Positions 12,001 through 20,200 of a stretch of DNA of 64,000 nt are shown here, one piece after another. This DNA is from a virus (Duplodnaviria; Caudoviricetes), in IMG/VR virus record IMGVR_UViG_3300025889_000071; one strand, given 5' to 3'. The notes beneath the pieces are model-generated. The model saw only the letters and a list, made by a program, of their open reading frames with translations, was not told the DNA's origin and searched no databases. The first letter of the stretch is position 1. The number at the start of each line of letters is the position of its first letter. The translations under genes and the position numbers were made by a program.

Positions 12001-12641
12001 CGAATACAAATCCACCATCAGTGTTAATTTCGCCACCACAATTTGAACAAGAAACTAATAAAGTTGTATCTTTTGAAGGCGATTTTGGTATTATTGTTGG
12101 TGTTGGAACAACTAATGTTGGGGTTTCTACTGGAATAGCATTTGATTTAATAATACCTCAAGATTCTTATTTGAGAGATACTTCAATTGTCGGAACTGCA
12201 ACAACATTAACAGGATTAAAAGAGGGTTATTACTTTACTGTCTTTAATTCAAACGTTGGATATGGTGTGACTTCACTTGATGAAAATAATGAAATAGTTG
12301 GAATTGGAACCACTTGTTTAGATAATGTTTATAGAGTTTCTGGAATCACCACTGCTCTTGAAAGAGATATAATAGGATATGGTTCAACTTATGTGACACG
12401 AGTTATTGTTAGCATTTCGACTTATTATGGATTGGATAGTGATATTCCATCTCCAGATCAAGTTGTTTCCGGATTTACCACAGATTTCTTTGGTAAATAT
12501 AGTTGGGGAAGGTTAATGCTTTCTCAAAGAACTGGAGTAATAACTTATTCAGCACAAACAAATAATGGTGTTGTTGGAATTAATACTGGATCTTTTGTGA
12601 GGAGAAAAAATTCTTTAAAATTTAGAAATTATACCACATAA
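3..12641 (+). CDS. gp7: Giant baseplate wedge protein (gp7-like), 5'-truncated at the window edge, at least 4212 aa
   Basis: Seen: the frame of ORF 447..12641 stays open back to base 3 (IVRPSDYVISPSN...), so the TTG start at 447 is an artefact. It has repeated 'H(x)F(x)TG(D/E)(x)V(x)Y...Y(F/Y)V...IKL' beta modules, G(x)GY(x)(x)(x)P repeats and an HSPIIGWAYDGSPIYGPYGY motif. Knowledge: very large gp7 wedge proteins directly precede gp8 in T4-like cyanophages. Confidence 0.75.
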   Translation: MVRPSDYVISPSNAIYQKTKDLVAEFISGDPYDLVNKTLYQSGDENIPEAYSPVSNVEKISTGSLNKDYYRITIDGSYLKKEGSNTESIYDNFSIHPKTKCIGEIGIGQTFIDVDSTVGFPNSGSLDVVYNDFTTDTITYSNKTINQFLDVSVISKRILDGSDIDYSSFAYSAGLGRTDGIKLRIRSVIGGYNIPKVTYQQNIGSKIKIKSLGKIGNKLKENNWIFNNSQSYNVESLELIDSRNFVYRLTTIDDNILRVGDTLRLKSLNDVFLTDDFTVTTIINNKISLIRGSDVENPNGIVSVNRILNKVKTNIHPQLSKFTANVQNVYIDNDDDSVLVASNSLPYFESPTNPDIQKIILSGLVANNQTTLKVTEDFDHNFFTGDSIYYTPNKDNNGNVISKIFDEGLYFVHRVDSNNVKLAKSGSDLYNEKYVTIDDLSGKANVDITNHIIEKYAFNGKIIEPQKLIRKIPNIHNQRDDEVNEKSLATKAGATGIFINGVEILNYKSHSYVHYGEIEEINLTSPGFGYDVINPPLLSISDSVGSGATGVCGVKGNFVDIDLIDGGFDYLDIPSIQITGGNGKSAKASANTTFVDHTLSFDSSNLLDISVDFELRSGFGGISTETSKIGFSTYHRFKNGESVVYKTLGGNAVTGLSTDSTYYVNVVNDYDIKLHLSKGDALASSGTGINTISLSDFGTGNHSFTAIPKLSVSSIRIIDPGFDYENKKRMCSSAGINTSINTIDILNHGYKTGEIIRYSFNETSIGGLSTTKDYIVTTINNDSFKLSDVGIGSDLKYLYFNRNVFKNLTSSGSGLHTFNYPEISVKVIGKVGVTSIGEDTFEAKVQPIVRGELTSIHLTNNGQNYGTSRILNLKRLPKVSLISGTDAALKPVILNGQIVNVVILNSGKDYTSIPDLIVRGTGTSGKLVPILKDGAIVDVKISRPGVGYEQNSTSIEVLPAGNNAEFESVIQSWRVNEVRKNLSNVKDDDIFVSPSMNDGKGLQCYFAYGPRNLRKLVYSTDRGGRILYGRNDLRIVNGLESSNINHSPIIGWAYDGSPIYGPYGYKTNKGTGGVTQLKSGYTLKLSPNRPPLVNFPEGFFVEDFEWSYSSSEDTLDENNGRFCITPEFPNGIYAYFTTFDAIPSEDGVFKNFKAPTFPYVIGNSYHKTPDEFNFKKRSNQDDINLNDFNISRNTYPYLLSNDNSGYDYLVESYKFTDQDPTITSVNRGNITSIGIVSEGINYQVDDTVVLDASTTSRDFGQSNKVSLIGGVGVSSISCETFIVPNLEFYPNGSTVVAVHTTNHNISNNEALNVVGLSTEKYIKPGQYTVGISSLTFELQNTLNAQNITGIVTYINIKANTTSFFSDLKFVEPNDVYNLYANKTYTESVRVLLPQVGTAITSKALDPESNPTRFTDAAVYDYIWDNYDEFDVDGDGVVSFNDAIVIVRHLYGDEVKERGAFSGNRIFSTGGGISGIGYSGVPAAATRTTNREVRDFLDFRSFHSREGNIGVSTNVITGIQTGYLFYGSDPDNVVRGKVSIGQSVNSTFVAAGTTVTAIGKNSITISNTTTNTETQVGTSITFGNGLYDVDGNGQITVFSDGIMIARVFGPSEFKNPSDNGIAGFATDNTIFDTLKVLNIDPDLGRIRVLRTGNGTYSGVFGSNSELVERSRKVEIPFIGISTVNDSRKTYEYYFNPTESIGIGEDISAGAGTTITFTNPGAGQTQVFVPTRAIYLPYHTLRTGDKVVYKTNIGDTIGVSTVSGGSSVPLTQYSELYVGKINDNFIGLSTVKVSAGTTDGIFVGVTPETEHHELLYFVGLGTGVYHSLTFNNPDTVTGNLEKNIVTVSTSSTHGLSLLDNVFVEVKPNINETIKVKYNKSIRKLIVNEYDYVTSGISSENRTISITDHKLSTGQKVINFLNTSINDDSFKDEGEYYVYVVDRNTIKLTNEKYELFEKTPSFIGLSTLSSGSLSLINPPLNLVKNSTVKFDLSDSSLSYVQNNISYSAFRFDFYRDSSYKDIYVTNELNSLFAVSSEGQIGVTAGANYTLTVNDNTPNRLYYKLTPIDLNQNVIENKQISVDKEVEFFNSIFPIDSDYSGKHTVTGIGSTSFSYLLSVKPEASAYISTNTSLSYNTTSSSAYGPIKNISVGNGGKYYSEIPGISEIVTGIGTGAILNVFSDSIGKINSVRIDDIGFDYPSDLTLKPEVYIPQILRVEQLSKFKSISIITDTQGATGPTNIFRHNIPPKLVVVDGITNKVVDDAILKMNLPEKKVDILQNTFSLSDAIPKLIPTENVTGIGFTSLTYDISTKEVTVSLTNAQGPKFANLNQNTTEDFVNIRVGDNVLVENVSVGVGTTGTGYNSSNYNYKLFPVVGVTTATGIVTFSMSSVIEDDYNPGKFISNLSSPSLLPERLFPKFSIELDKTGFKESEIVKSGSKTGKVIKFDSFNKLVHIESADEFFINDTLISESFGTKAIVKDNTFFESRLDLDYYSIIGRKWSNTTGFISDNLQRVHDNDYYQYFSYAVKSKIGIDKWDESVSTLNHAAGFKKFSDLQIESSVPTSLSMKPTIEEVTTVFITLDNIVDLNCYDNFDLVHENLLISDGNRTFSNEINFTSTILTDYDESISNRVVNIDDVSGEFNSNPRSTPFSEIFRTLTEDTRSQKFITYVRDRTFVGERQLMVATVLTDTDRALGMINQYGTVYTQSDLGSLDYVIDGNDGVLRFYPTKYQYNNYNVSFFAYSLEDIVSISTVSSSHTVGISSELAGKPQGSIASIGSSEILTVGTAVTNLVVISGIGTTLPSVRSAKVLVNIEVDDGQTEFNELNVIHNGTDAHLLEFGQLNAHSIDTFGSSGLGTYGASVSSDNELIIEFTPSVGLGTTAVISANTITVGLSTEIYNNQNSGLGSESTLSSGTLITKCTELIGGSAESVAEFSSEFDAAYSIIQVADLDNDMYQMSEAIIVSDGTDAHITEFGNVETNHSLGEMTGGVNSGITQITFTPAAGVGDLHVKSFTHAIKVDTGTDSGEIDLDNSKLITNSGTYTGTELDVRKDFEILHKTYPVFKRVFDGSDSSFVDVVNNKIILPYHFFTTGEKVEYRPKTGIGTNSIGIDDITVGSGTTDKLPTTVYVIKLSESEIRFAQTAENALKPFPEPITITSVGINSDHSITSTNQNQRVLISIDNYIQSPIVSTSVTTSLADQVLITEDSVKFSGITSFFSGDYIKIDDEIMRIRGVGIGSTNAITVFRAWAGTSLAGHSTDSLVTKIKGNYNIIGNTLNFIEAPFGNNPISSTTNAPSERDWEGITTSSSFHARAFMKTGVVGATTDTYAGNYIFDDISQNFSGSEDTYIITSGNSNVVGISTNNAIVLINGILQEPGLNNDFTITEDSDVGISSIKFTGTASATSTDPNSLNVPVGGIIVSVASSRGLGYQPLISAGATAVISVGNTVESITIGNTGSGYRSNNIYEIETTTKYSVGVGSTNILLSNTNSALNVINLNTSSTNTIAIGTYIKETTSIVSIANTFVGIGSTSPYEIPAGTSVKIQIENPDVGIVNVGVATTSLGIVNVTHVGFSTINAGFVTSVTITNGGDGFSSTNPPYVIFDEPLPYSNIPLVYSETSVGSGGTQAKVNITVGQGSSVIDFEIINQGYGYGQGHVLTIPTGGITGIPTDSSIGTSFEEFKLTIQETLTDEFSAWFIGEIEPLDDFSDLFDGSRKTFSLFRSGNRLSVQSDYGSIVNVDDVLIVFINDILQIPGDSYTFSSGSTITFSEAPKSGDRLKVLFYKGTSGTDVLPKEVTNEVHEGDELIINYDKSLNQNKFNQQDNRSVYSVLSSGTVKTNSYYGPGLLSDSSIHRPVTLCKQTEDKMIEGFVVNKDREQYEPIIFPTAHLITNIGIGSTIAFVDNIRPFFNPSNEASNLDFQNDIIIVENGEKVSAAATAIVGDDTLIQSIVISENGVGYSTATVSIASTDGTLGVGTTAVAKAYAIISIGGTINSIAITTSGIGYTNTNPPSVLISPPQFEQETNKVVSFEGDFGIIVGVGTTNVGVSTGIAFDLIIPQDSYLRDTSIVGTATTLTGLKEGYYFTVFNSNVGYGVTSLDENNEIVGIGTTCLDNVYRVSGITTALERDIIGYGSTYVTRVIVSISTYYGLDSDIPSPDQVVSGFTTDFFGKYSWGRLMLSQRTGVITYSAQTNNGVVGINTGSFVRRKNSLKFRNYTT

Positions 12642-12644
12642 ATA
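12637..12644 (+). promoter_or_regulatory. Late-promoter variant CATAAATA (gp8); same motif at 22730 (gp13) and 36985
   Basis: Seen: NATAAATA motif overlapping the upstream stop codon. Confidence 0.65.
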
Positions 12645-12659
12645 ACTAAAAACATAAAA

Positions 12660-14210
12660 ATGGCTGCAATTGTAACAGACAAGATTAGAATATTAAATGC
12701 GAAAAATTTTGTAGCAGGTATTTTGACTACTACAAATTCATACTATACTTTTGTGGGATTACCAAATCCCACATCTATTCAAAGTGACTGGAATGAAGAC
12801 CCTCCATCTCCTGTAGATAATTTTGATAATGAGTCTGATATTTGGGATACGGCAATAGCACTTAAAAAGATAACAACGAATGATGTCAGACAAGTTGTCA
12901 ATAAAAATACTTGGGAATCTGGAACGACTTACGATTACTATCGTCCAGATTATAGTGCTTCAAACCCACCAAAAAATTCAAATGGAACATCTTTATACAC
13001 AGCAAATTATTACGTAATTAATAGTGATAATCGTGTTTATATTTGTCTTCAGAATGGAACTGCACCAGAAACTCCTGATGGAAAACCATCACTAGATGAA
13101 CCACAATTTGTGGATTTAGAACCTAGATCCGCAGGCACTAGTGGAGATGGTTATATATGGAAATATCTTTATACTATAAAACCATCAGAATTAATTAAGT
13201 TTGATTCTACAAGTTATATGCCAGTCCCATTAAACTGGCAAACTGATAGTGAGCATGATGCAGTGAGAAATAATGCTGTTGATGGGAGTATTAAAGTTGT
13301 CGTAATTCAAAATAGAGGTGTAGGAGTAGGCACTGCAAATAGAACTTATCGTAGAGTTCCAATTAAGGGAGATGGTTCAGGTGCTGAATGTACTGTTACT
13401 GTAAATAATGATCAAGAAATAGAAAGTGTAACTATTTCTAATCAAGGTTCTGGATATACTTTTGGAAATGTTGATTTAAAGTCTGGAGGAGTTCCTGATG
13501 CTTCAACAATACCAGTTTTAGATGTAGTAGCAACTCCTGCTGGAGGTCATGGTTATGATATCTACAATGAGCTTGGTGCATCTAATGTGCTTTTATACAC
13601 TAGAATAGAAAATGATTTGGAAAATCCAGATTTCATTACAGGAAATGAAATATCTAGAATAGGTGTTGTTGAAAATCCACTTTCATTTGGTTCAAATCAA
13701 CTATTGAATTCAGATAAGGCAAGTGCCGTTTATGCAATTCGTTTAACTGGTATTGGTTATAGTTCGGCAGTTTTTACTGCAGATTCTACTATAACTCAAA
13801 CTGTTGGAACCGGAGTTACTGCTGCTGGAAAAGTTATTAATTACGATAAAGAAACTGGGGTGCTAAAGTATTGGCAGGATAGAACATTAGCTGGGTTTAA
13901 CACGGTTGGAACTTCCCAAACTAATCCACAATATGGATATAACCTAACAAGATTCACGGCATCTCCAACTTCTGGAGGAAGTTTTTTGATTAATGGTGGA
14001 AGTGTAACTTTATCAATTAGTACCTCTTTTAGTGGTTTCTCGACCACAATAAATAATAGAACATATTTCCTTGGGCAATCTTTCGAAAATGGATTATCAA
14101 ATCCAGAAGTAAAAAAACATTCTGGAAATATTATCTACATCGATAACAGACCCGCTATAACAAGATCTTCAAATCAAAAAGAAGATGTCAAGATTATTTT
14201 GCAATTCTAA
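12660..14210 (+). CDS. gp8: Baseplate wedge subunit gp8
   Basis: Seen: MAAIVTDKIRILNAKNFV N-terminus, 'WESGTTYDYYR', 'DGYIWKYLYTI' and C-terminal 'YIDNRPAITRSSNQKEDVKIILQF'. These match my recollection of cyanophage gp8; synteny agrees. Confidence 0.9.
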   Translation: MAAIVTDKIRILNAKNFVAGILTTTNSYYTFVGLPNPTSIQSDWNEDPPSPVDNFDNESDIWDTAIALKKITTNDVRQVVNKNTWESGTTYDYYRPDYSASNPPKNSNGTSLYTANYYVINSDNRVYICLQNGTAPETPDGKPSLDEPQFVDLEPRSAGTSGDGYIWKYLYTIKPSELIKFDSTSYMPVPLNWQTDSEHDAVRNNAVDGSIKVVVIQNRGVGVGTANRTYRRVPIKGDGSGAECTVTVNNDQEIESVTISNQGSGYTFGNVDLKSGGVPDASTIPVLDVVATPAGGHGYDIYNELGASNVLLYTRIENDLENPDFITGNEISRIGVVENPLSFGSNQLLNSDKASAVYAIRLTGIGYSSAVFTADSTITQTVGTGVTAAGKVINYDKETGVLKYWQDRTLAGFNTVGTSQTNPQYGYNLTRFTASPTSGGSFLINGGSVTLSISTSFSGFSTTINNRTYFLGQSFENGLSNPEVKKHSGNIIYIDNRPAITRSSNQKEDVKIILQF

Positions 14211-14225
14211 TATCCAATAACTCCC

Positions 14226-17200
14226 ATGGCTCAACAAACAAATTTAAATGTTTCTCCATATTTTGACGATTTTGATGCTGACAAGAATTATCATAAAATT
14301 CTGTTTAAACCGGGATATCCTGTTCAAGCCAGAGAGTTAACAGGTGTTCAATCCATAATACAAAATCAAATTGATAGATTTGGGCAACATGTGTTTAAAG
14401 ATGGTGCCAAAGTTATTCCCGGAAATTGGTCTTACTACTCAAACTATCCTGGAATTAGAATAAACAATACTCATCTTGGTGTTCCAGTATCACTATATAC
14501 TGATCAATTGGTTGGTAAAAGAATTATTGGTCAAACTTCAGGAATTACAGCTATAGTTGATTATGTATTACCTCCAGAACTATCTAGTACTGGAGATACT
14601 GTTTTATATGTTCAATATGCATCATCATCTGCAACCGATAAAGAAAGTGATACTTTTTTGGATGGAGAATTTTTAAATTTACAATCAGATGTTATCACGA
14701 CAGAGTTAAATGATAATTTTATACCTCAAGGAGAGTCATTTGCATCAACAATATCGTCAAACTCTAATATCACAGGTTCATCATTTTCAATAAATGATGG
14801 TGTTTATTTTATTAGAGGATATTTTGTAGATGTACAATCTGAAAGAATTTTGTTGGCAGAAAATAATGCTGATGTTGAAAGATTTAATGTAAGAATTGGA
14901 TTTAGAATACTCGAAGAAATTGTAACTTCTGATTTTGATGAATCTTTAACAGACAATGCTAAAGGATTTAATAATTATGCAGCACCAGGAGCAGATAGAT
15001 TTAAATTATCAGTGTCTCTTGCATATAAATCATTAACCGATTCCAATGATGCAGATTTTGTAGAATTAGCTAGAGTTGAAAACGATACTCTTCAAGAGAT
15101 ACAAAAATATACTGAGTATGATCATCTTGCTGACGAATTTGCTAGAAGAACATTTGAAGAATCTGGCGATTATTTTGTAAAAGATTTTGATATAAGTGTT
15201 TTAGAATCATTAAATAATGGTAACAATGGTGGTATTTTTTATGATGGAGAAACAACATATTCTGGTGGAACGCCAAATCCGAGCACTGCAATATACAAAA
15301 TTTCTCCTGGATGTGCTTATGTTAGAGGATACAGAATTGATAGAACTTCTCCAACATATTTGGATATTGCAAAACCAAGAACTACAAAAGAATTAACAGG
15401 TCAAAGTATAGAATATAATACTGGAGCAACTTTTAAACTGAATAGAGTTAAAGGTGCTCCCACGATTGGAATTGGAAATACTTATATTGTAAGTTTAAGA
15501 GATCAACGTATAGATCCAAGAGCTGCTGGTTTGGGAACAGATCCTGTTTTGCCGAATAAAGAAATTGGTATTGCTAGAGTATATGATTTTGCATTGGAAG
15601 GTGGTTCTTATGATACTACTGATGGGGACATAAATCAATGGGATATTACATTATATGATATTCAAACGTTTACTGATATTAAATTAAATGAGCCAATAAC
15701 TCTTAGTGTTCCTACCCATATTAAAGGAAAATATTCTGGAGCAACAGGATTTTTAAGAAGTCCTGTAAGTGCAGGAACAGCGATGACTGTATATGACACA
15801 AAGGGTGATTTTGTTTTAAATGAACCATTCATATTTGATGGTGTAGAAAATAGTAGAATTGGTGTGGGTCTCACAATTCACAAACTATCTGATGCAAAAT
15901 CGATTATTGGTGGAGCAGGTTTATTAGGGGATGTTGGTTCTGGAGTTTCATTTACTGCAGATATTATGCTTTCCAGAATTGGTTATAATATTGGTCTTGG
16001 AACTATTACTTCTTCCAGCATCAGCAATAGCGTGACGAGCTATCATCTTTTCGGTACTTTAGATCCTGACGGAAATCCTGGAGTATCTACATTTATTGCC
16101 GAAAATATGAACGGACTTCTCAATAATGTGGAAGTTAATGATATTATCAGGTATACCACAACGGGTTCAAATGGTGGTTCTGATGTGCCTGATGGTGGAA
16201 GAACCTGGTATAATAGAGTTGTCAAGATTGTAAGGACCGAAGAAGACACGGAAACTGCACCATCACCTGGATTAGCAGGTATGGGAAGTTTTGGAAGATA
16301 TGGACAACACTTACTAGTAACTCCAATTCCGAATATTCCTGGTAGAGTAGAAGCTACTGGTCCAACTGTAAATAATATTGCCAGTGGTAGAAATCCGTAC
16401 GGATTTGTAGGTCACTCTGGTAGAATACTTGGTGGAACTAATGCAACCTGGAATGTACAAGATGCAGTTATCTTAAAATCCCCCCTAATCAGTTCCACTA
16501 ACAATACTTTATATACAAAAATACCAAAAAATAATATTTCCGATGTAACTTTAGATGATGCACAACTGGTTATTAGAAAAACATTTGATGTAACAATTGC
16601 TGATAACCAGTTGTCATCTGCATTGGTAGCAGGTGACAATGAAACATTTGAACCTTTTGATGAAGAAGATTATATTTTAATTCGCACTGATGGTGATGAT
16701 GGGGGAACAGAGGTTCTTACGGAAGATAAATTTGAGATAACTTCAGGCGGAAAATCTTTACAAATAAGAAATTTAAGTGACACTGGTGGTGCAGCAAAAT
16801 TAATAGCAACTCTTCGTAAAGTAAAACCAACTTCAAAAATAAAAATAAAGAACAAAATTAATACTATTGTAATTGATAAATCAAATGATGTTGGTTCTGG
16901 AGCAGGGTCAACTACTCTCAATGATGGTTTAACATATGGAAATTATCCGTTTGGTACAAAAGTTCAAGATGAATCAATATCTTTAAATGTACCAGATGTT
17001 GTGGAAGTTCTGGGAATTTTTGAATCAAAAGATACCTCAGCTCCATCGGCACCAAAATTAACATTGAATGCACTAACCGGTCCTTCTGGAACAACGGACG
17101 ATTTAATAATTGGTGAAAAGGTATTTGGTCAAACATCCAAAGCAGTTGCTATTGTTGCATCAAAATTATCATCAAATCAAATAGAATGTTTATTTAAAAC

Positions 17201-20200
17201 AGATGTCAAATTTGAAATTGGAGAGGTTTTACGATTCCAAGAATCGTCTGTTCGTGCTCTTCCGTCAGCATTAGATGAAACAAGTAAAAATATATCATCA
17301 CATTATCTTTATAATAGTGGACAAACTGGTTCGATCTATAATTATTCTTCCATAAAAAGAAAACCAGGTTTTGAAAAACCAAAGAAACAAATAAAAGTAT
17401 ATTTTTCAAATTTATATTTTAGTTCATCGGATGATGGCGATATTGTAACTGCAAGATCATATAGCACTGGAATAGATTATGCTAAAGATATTAGAACGGT
17501 TAATGGAATAAGAAACACTGATATTATTGACATTAGACCAAGGGTTTCTACTTATGGTGTTGAAGTTGATAAGAGGTCTCCTCTAGAATTTTTTGGTAGA
17601 ACTTTTAATCAAAGTGGAAATTCTGCTGCAAATATTTTAGCCTCAGATAAATCAATACTTATTGATTATACATTTTATCTTGGAAGAATTGATAGGATTT
17701 ATCTTTCAAAAACGGGAGCTATTACAGTTCAAAAAGGAGATCCATCAGAACATCCCAAAAAACCAGTTTCAATTGATGAAGCTTTAGAGTTAGGATTTAT
17801 AAATCTTCCACCATATCTATATTCTTCTAGACAAGCAAAAGTTTCATTTTTAGAACATAAGAGATATAGAATGAAGGATATCTCTAAATTGGAAAATAGA
17901 ATTAAAAATTTAGAATATTATACTTCTTTATCATTACTGGAAACGAATACTGAAAATCTATTTGTACCAGATGATGAAGGATTGAATAAATTTAAATCTG
18001 GATTTTTTGTTGATAACTTCAAGACAAATCTCAATCAAGAGGGCAGTATTCCTCTTAAAAATAGTATTGATATTGGAAATAGTGAATTGCGCCCAAGACA
18101 TTATACAAATTCTGTAGATTTAGAAATAGGACCTGTTGATGGAGTTTCTCCTGATACTGATGCTAGATGGAGTATTCCCGAAGGTACTAATATTGCAAGA
18201 AGTGCAAATAATTTATTAACATTGTCTTATAATGAATTACTCTGGAAAACACAACCATTTGGTACAAGAGAAGAAAGTGTAACCCCATATTTGATAGATG
18301 TATGGTATGGTAGATTAACTCTAGACCCATCATCAGATACCTGGGTAGATACTGTAAGAATAGATGCAAAAGTAATTCAAGTTGAAGGAAATTATAATGA
18401 TACGATTGCCATTCTTGGTGCAGATCCACAAACTGGGTTAGGGCCAATAATTTGGGATGCTCCAGAGACTGTTTGGACTGGCACGAGGACCAATTCATTC
18501 TCTGTTCAAAGAACCGAAGTTGGTAATTTTTCAATTGATACAGACCTTGAAACTAATATTAACACATCGCAAGATGCACTTAGAGCAGGTCAAACAACTA
18601 CGGTGAATGGAAGTGTTTCTAGTACATTTGAGGTAGAACTATCAGGTACGGAAACAGTATTTGAAGATACTATTACAGAGACGTTCAATACAGGTACAGA
18701 AACAAGGAATGGTGTAAGGGCTCTTATTACTGAAAGATATGATCAAGAATCTCAAGGAGATAAAGTTGTAAGTAGAGAGTTAATCACTTTCATGAGGAGA
18801 CGCAATATTACTTTTATTGGTTCTCAATTGAAACCACAGACTAAACTCTATGCGTATTTTGATGGCGTTAAAGTTGATAAGTATGTTACTCCAAAACTTT
18901 TACAAGTTGAAATGATTTCGGGGGTATTTCAAGTTGGAGAAACTGTTGCAACTGATATAGTTCCTGGTACATATACAAATCCTTATATAAAATTTAGACT
19001 TGCAAGACCTGATCATAAAGAAGGTCCTTTCAATGATCCATCTAGGACATATACTTCAAATCCATATACTACTGTTGTTTCTACATCAACTGAAAGTTAT
19101 TACGACTTAGCAGCTAGATCTGAACTTAATGCCATTCCATCTTCATACTCATCAACTTCAGATATATTAAATATTGACCTATTATCTTTATCAAGTCGTG
19201 GTAATGGATTCTTTGGTTATGCTTCAGTTGGAATGATATTGAAGGGTCAAACTAGTGGTGCCATTGCTCGTGTAACAGCTAAAGATTTAATAACTGATAT
19301 TGCTTCTACAATATATGGAGATTTACGTATTCCAAATCCAAATTTTGCATCTAATTTGAAATTTGAAACTGGCAGTAAAGTTTTAACTTTAACTGATAAT
19401 CCAAATTCTTTCAGCTCATTTAATAAAACAAGTGCTCAAGCAGAATTTGTATCTTCTGGTACATTAGAAACGGTTCAAGAAGAAATTATCAGTACAAGAA
19501 ATGCTCAAGTTCGATATCAAGAACTTCAAACTTCACGCACAGTTGAGGAATTTGTAGGATCTGACGTTGTGACAGAAGTTGTAAGCACTACAAACTTTAC
19601 AGATAATGGTTCAACTACTTCAAATGACACTTTTAGTCTTCAGATACCTCCAGGTGCACAAGGTGCCACAGGTGCACAAGGTGCCACAGGTGCCACAGGT
19701 GCACAAGGTGCACGAGGTGGAACAGGTGGTGGCGGCCGTGCTTTCTGGAATAATTTCGATCCTAGAACCCAGACTGGGTTCCACAACGTGCCGGTGCGGT
19801 GGAACAACGGCGGTGGTGGTGGTGGTGACCCCATCGCACAAACTTTCTTATGTGAAGAACCTAGTGGACTGTTCTTAACTTCTTTAGATGTCTTTTTCTC
19901 TCAAGTTGATCCTGATGGAATCCCTGTAATTTTTCAATTAAGAAATGTTGTCAACGGATATCCAGAATCTAATGTGTTTATACCAGGTTCTGAAGTATAT
20001 ATCGAACCATCAGAGATTCAGGTTTCACCAGATGGATCTATTCCCACAAGAATTAATTTGCCAGGTCCAGTTTATTTGAGTCCGGGAAAAGAATACGCTT
20101 TAATATTAATGTCAGCATCTACATCATATAAAGTTTTAATATCTAGAGTTAAAGAAAATGATTTAATAACTGATGAATTTGTTAGCACTCAACCTACATT

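Noticed and set aside
19606-19878. Three short alternative ORFs over the GC-rich insert
   Set aside because: By-products of the mini-collagen and poly-Gly codons in the main frame.
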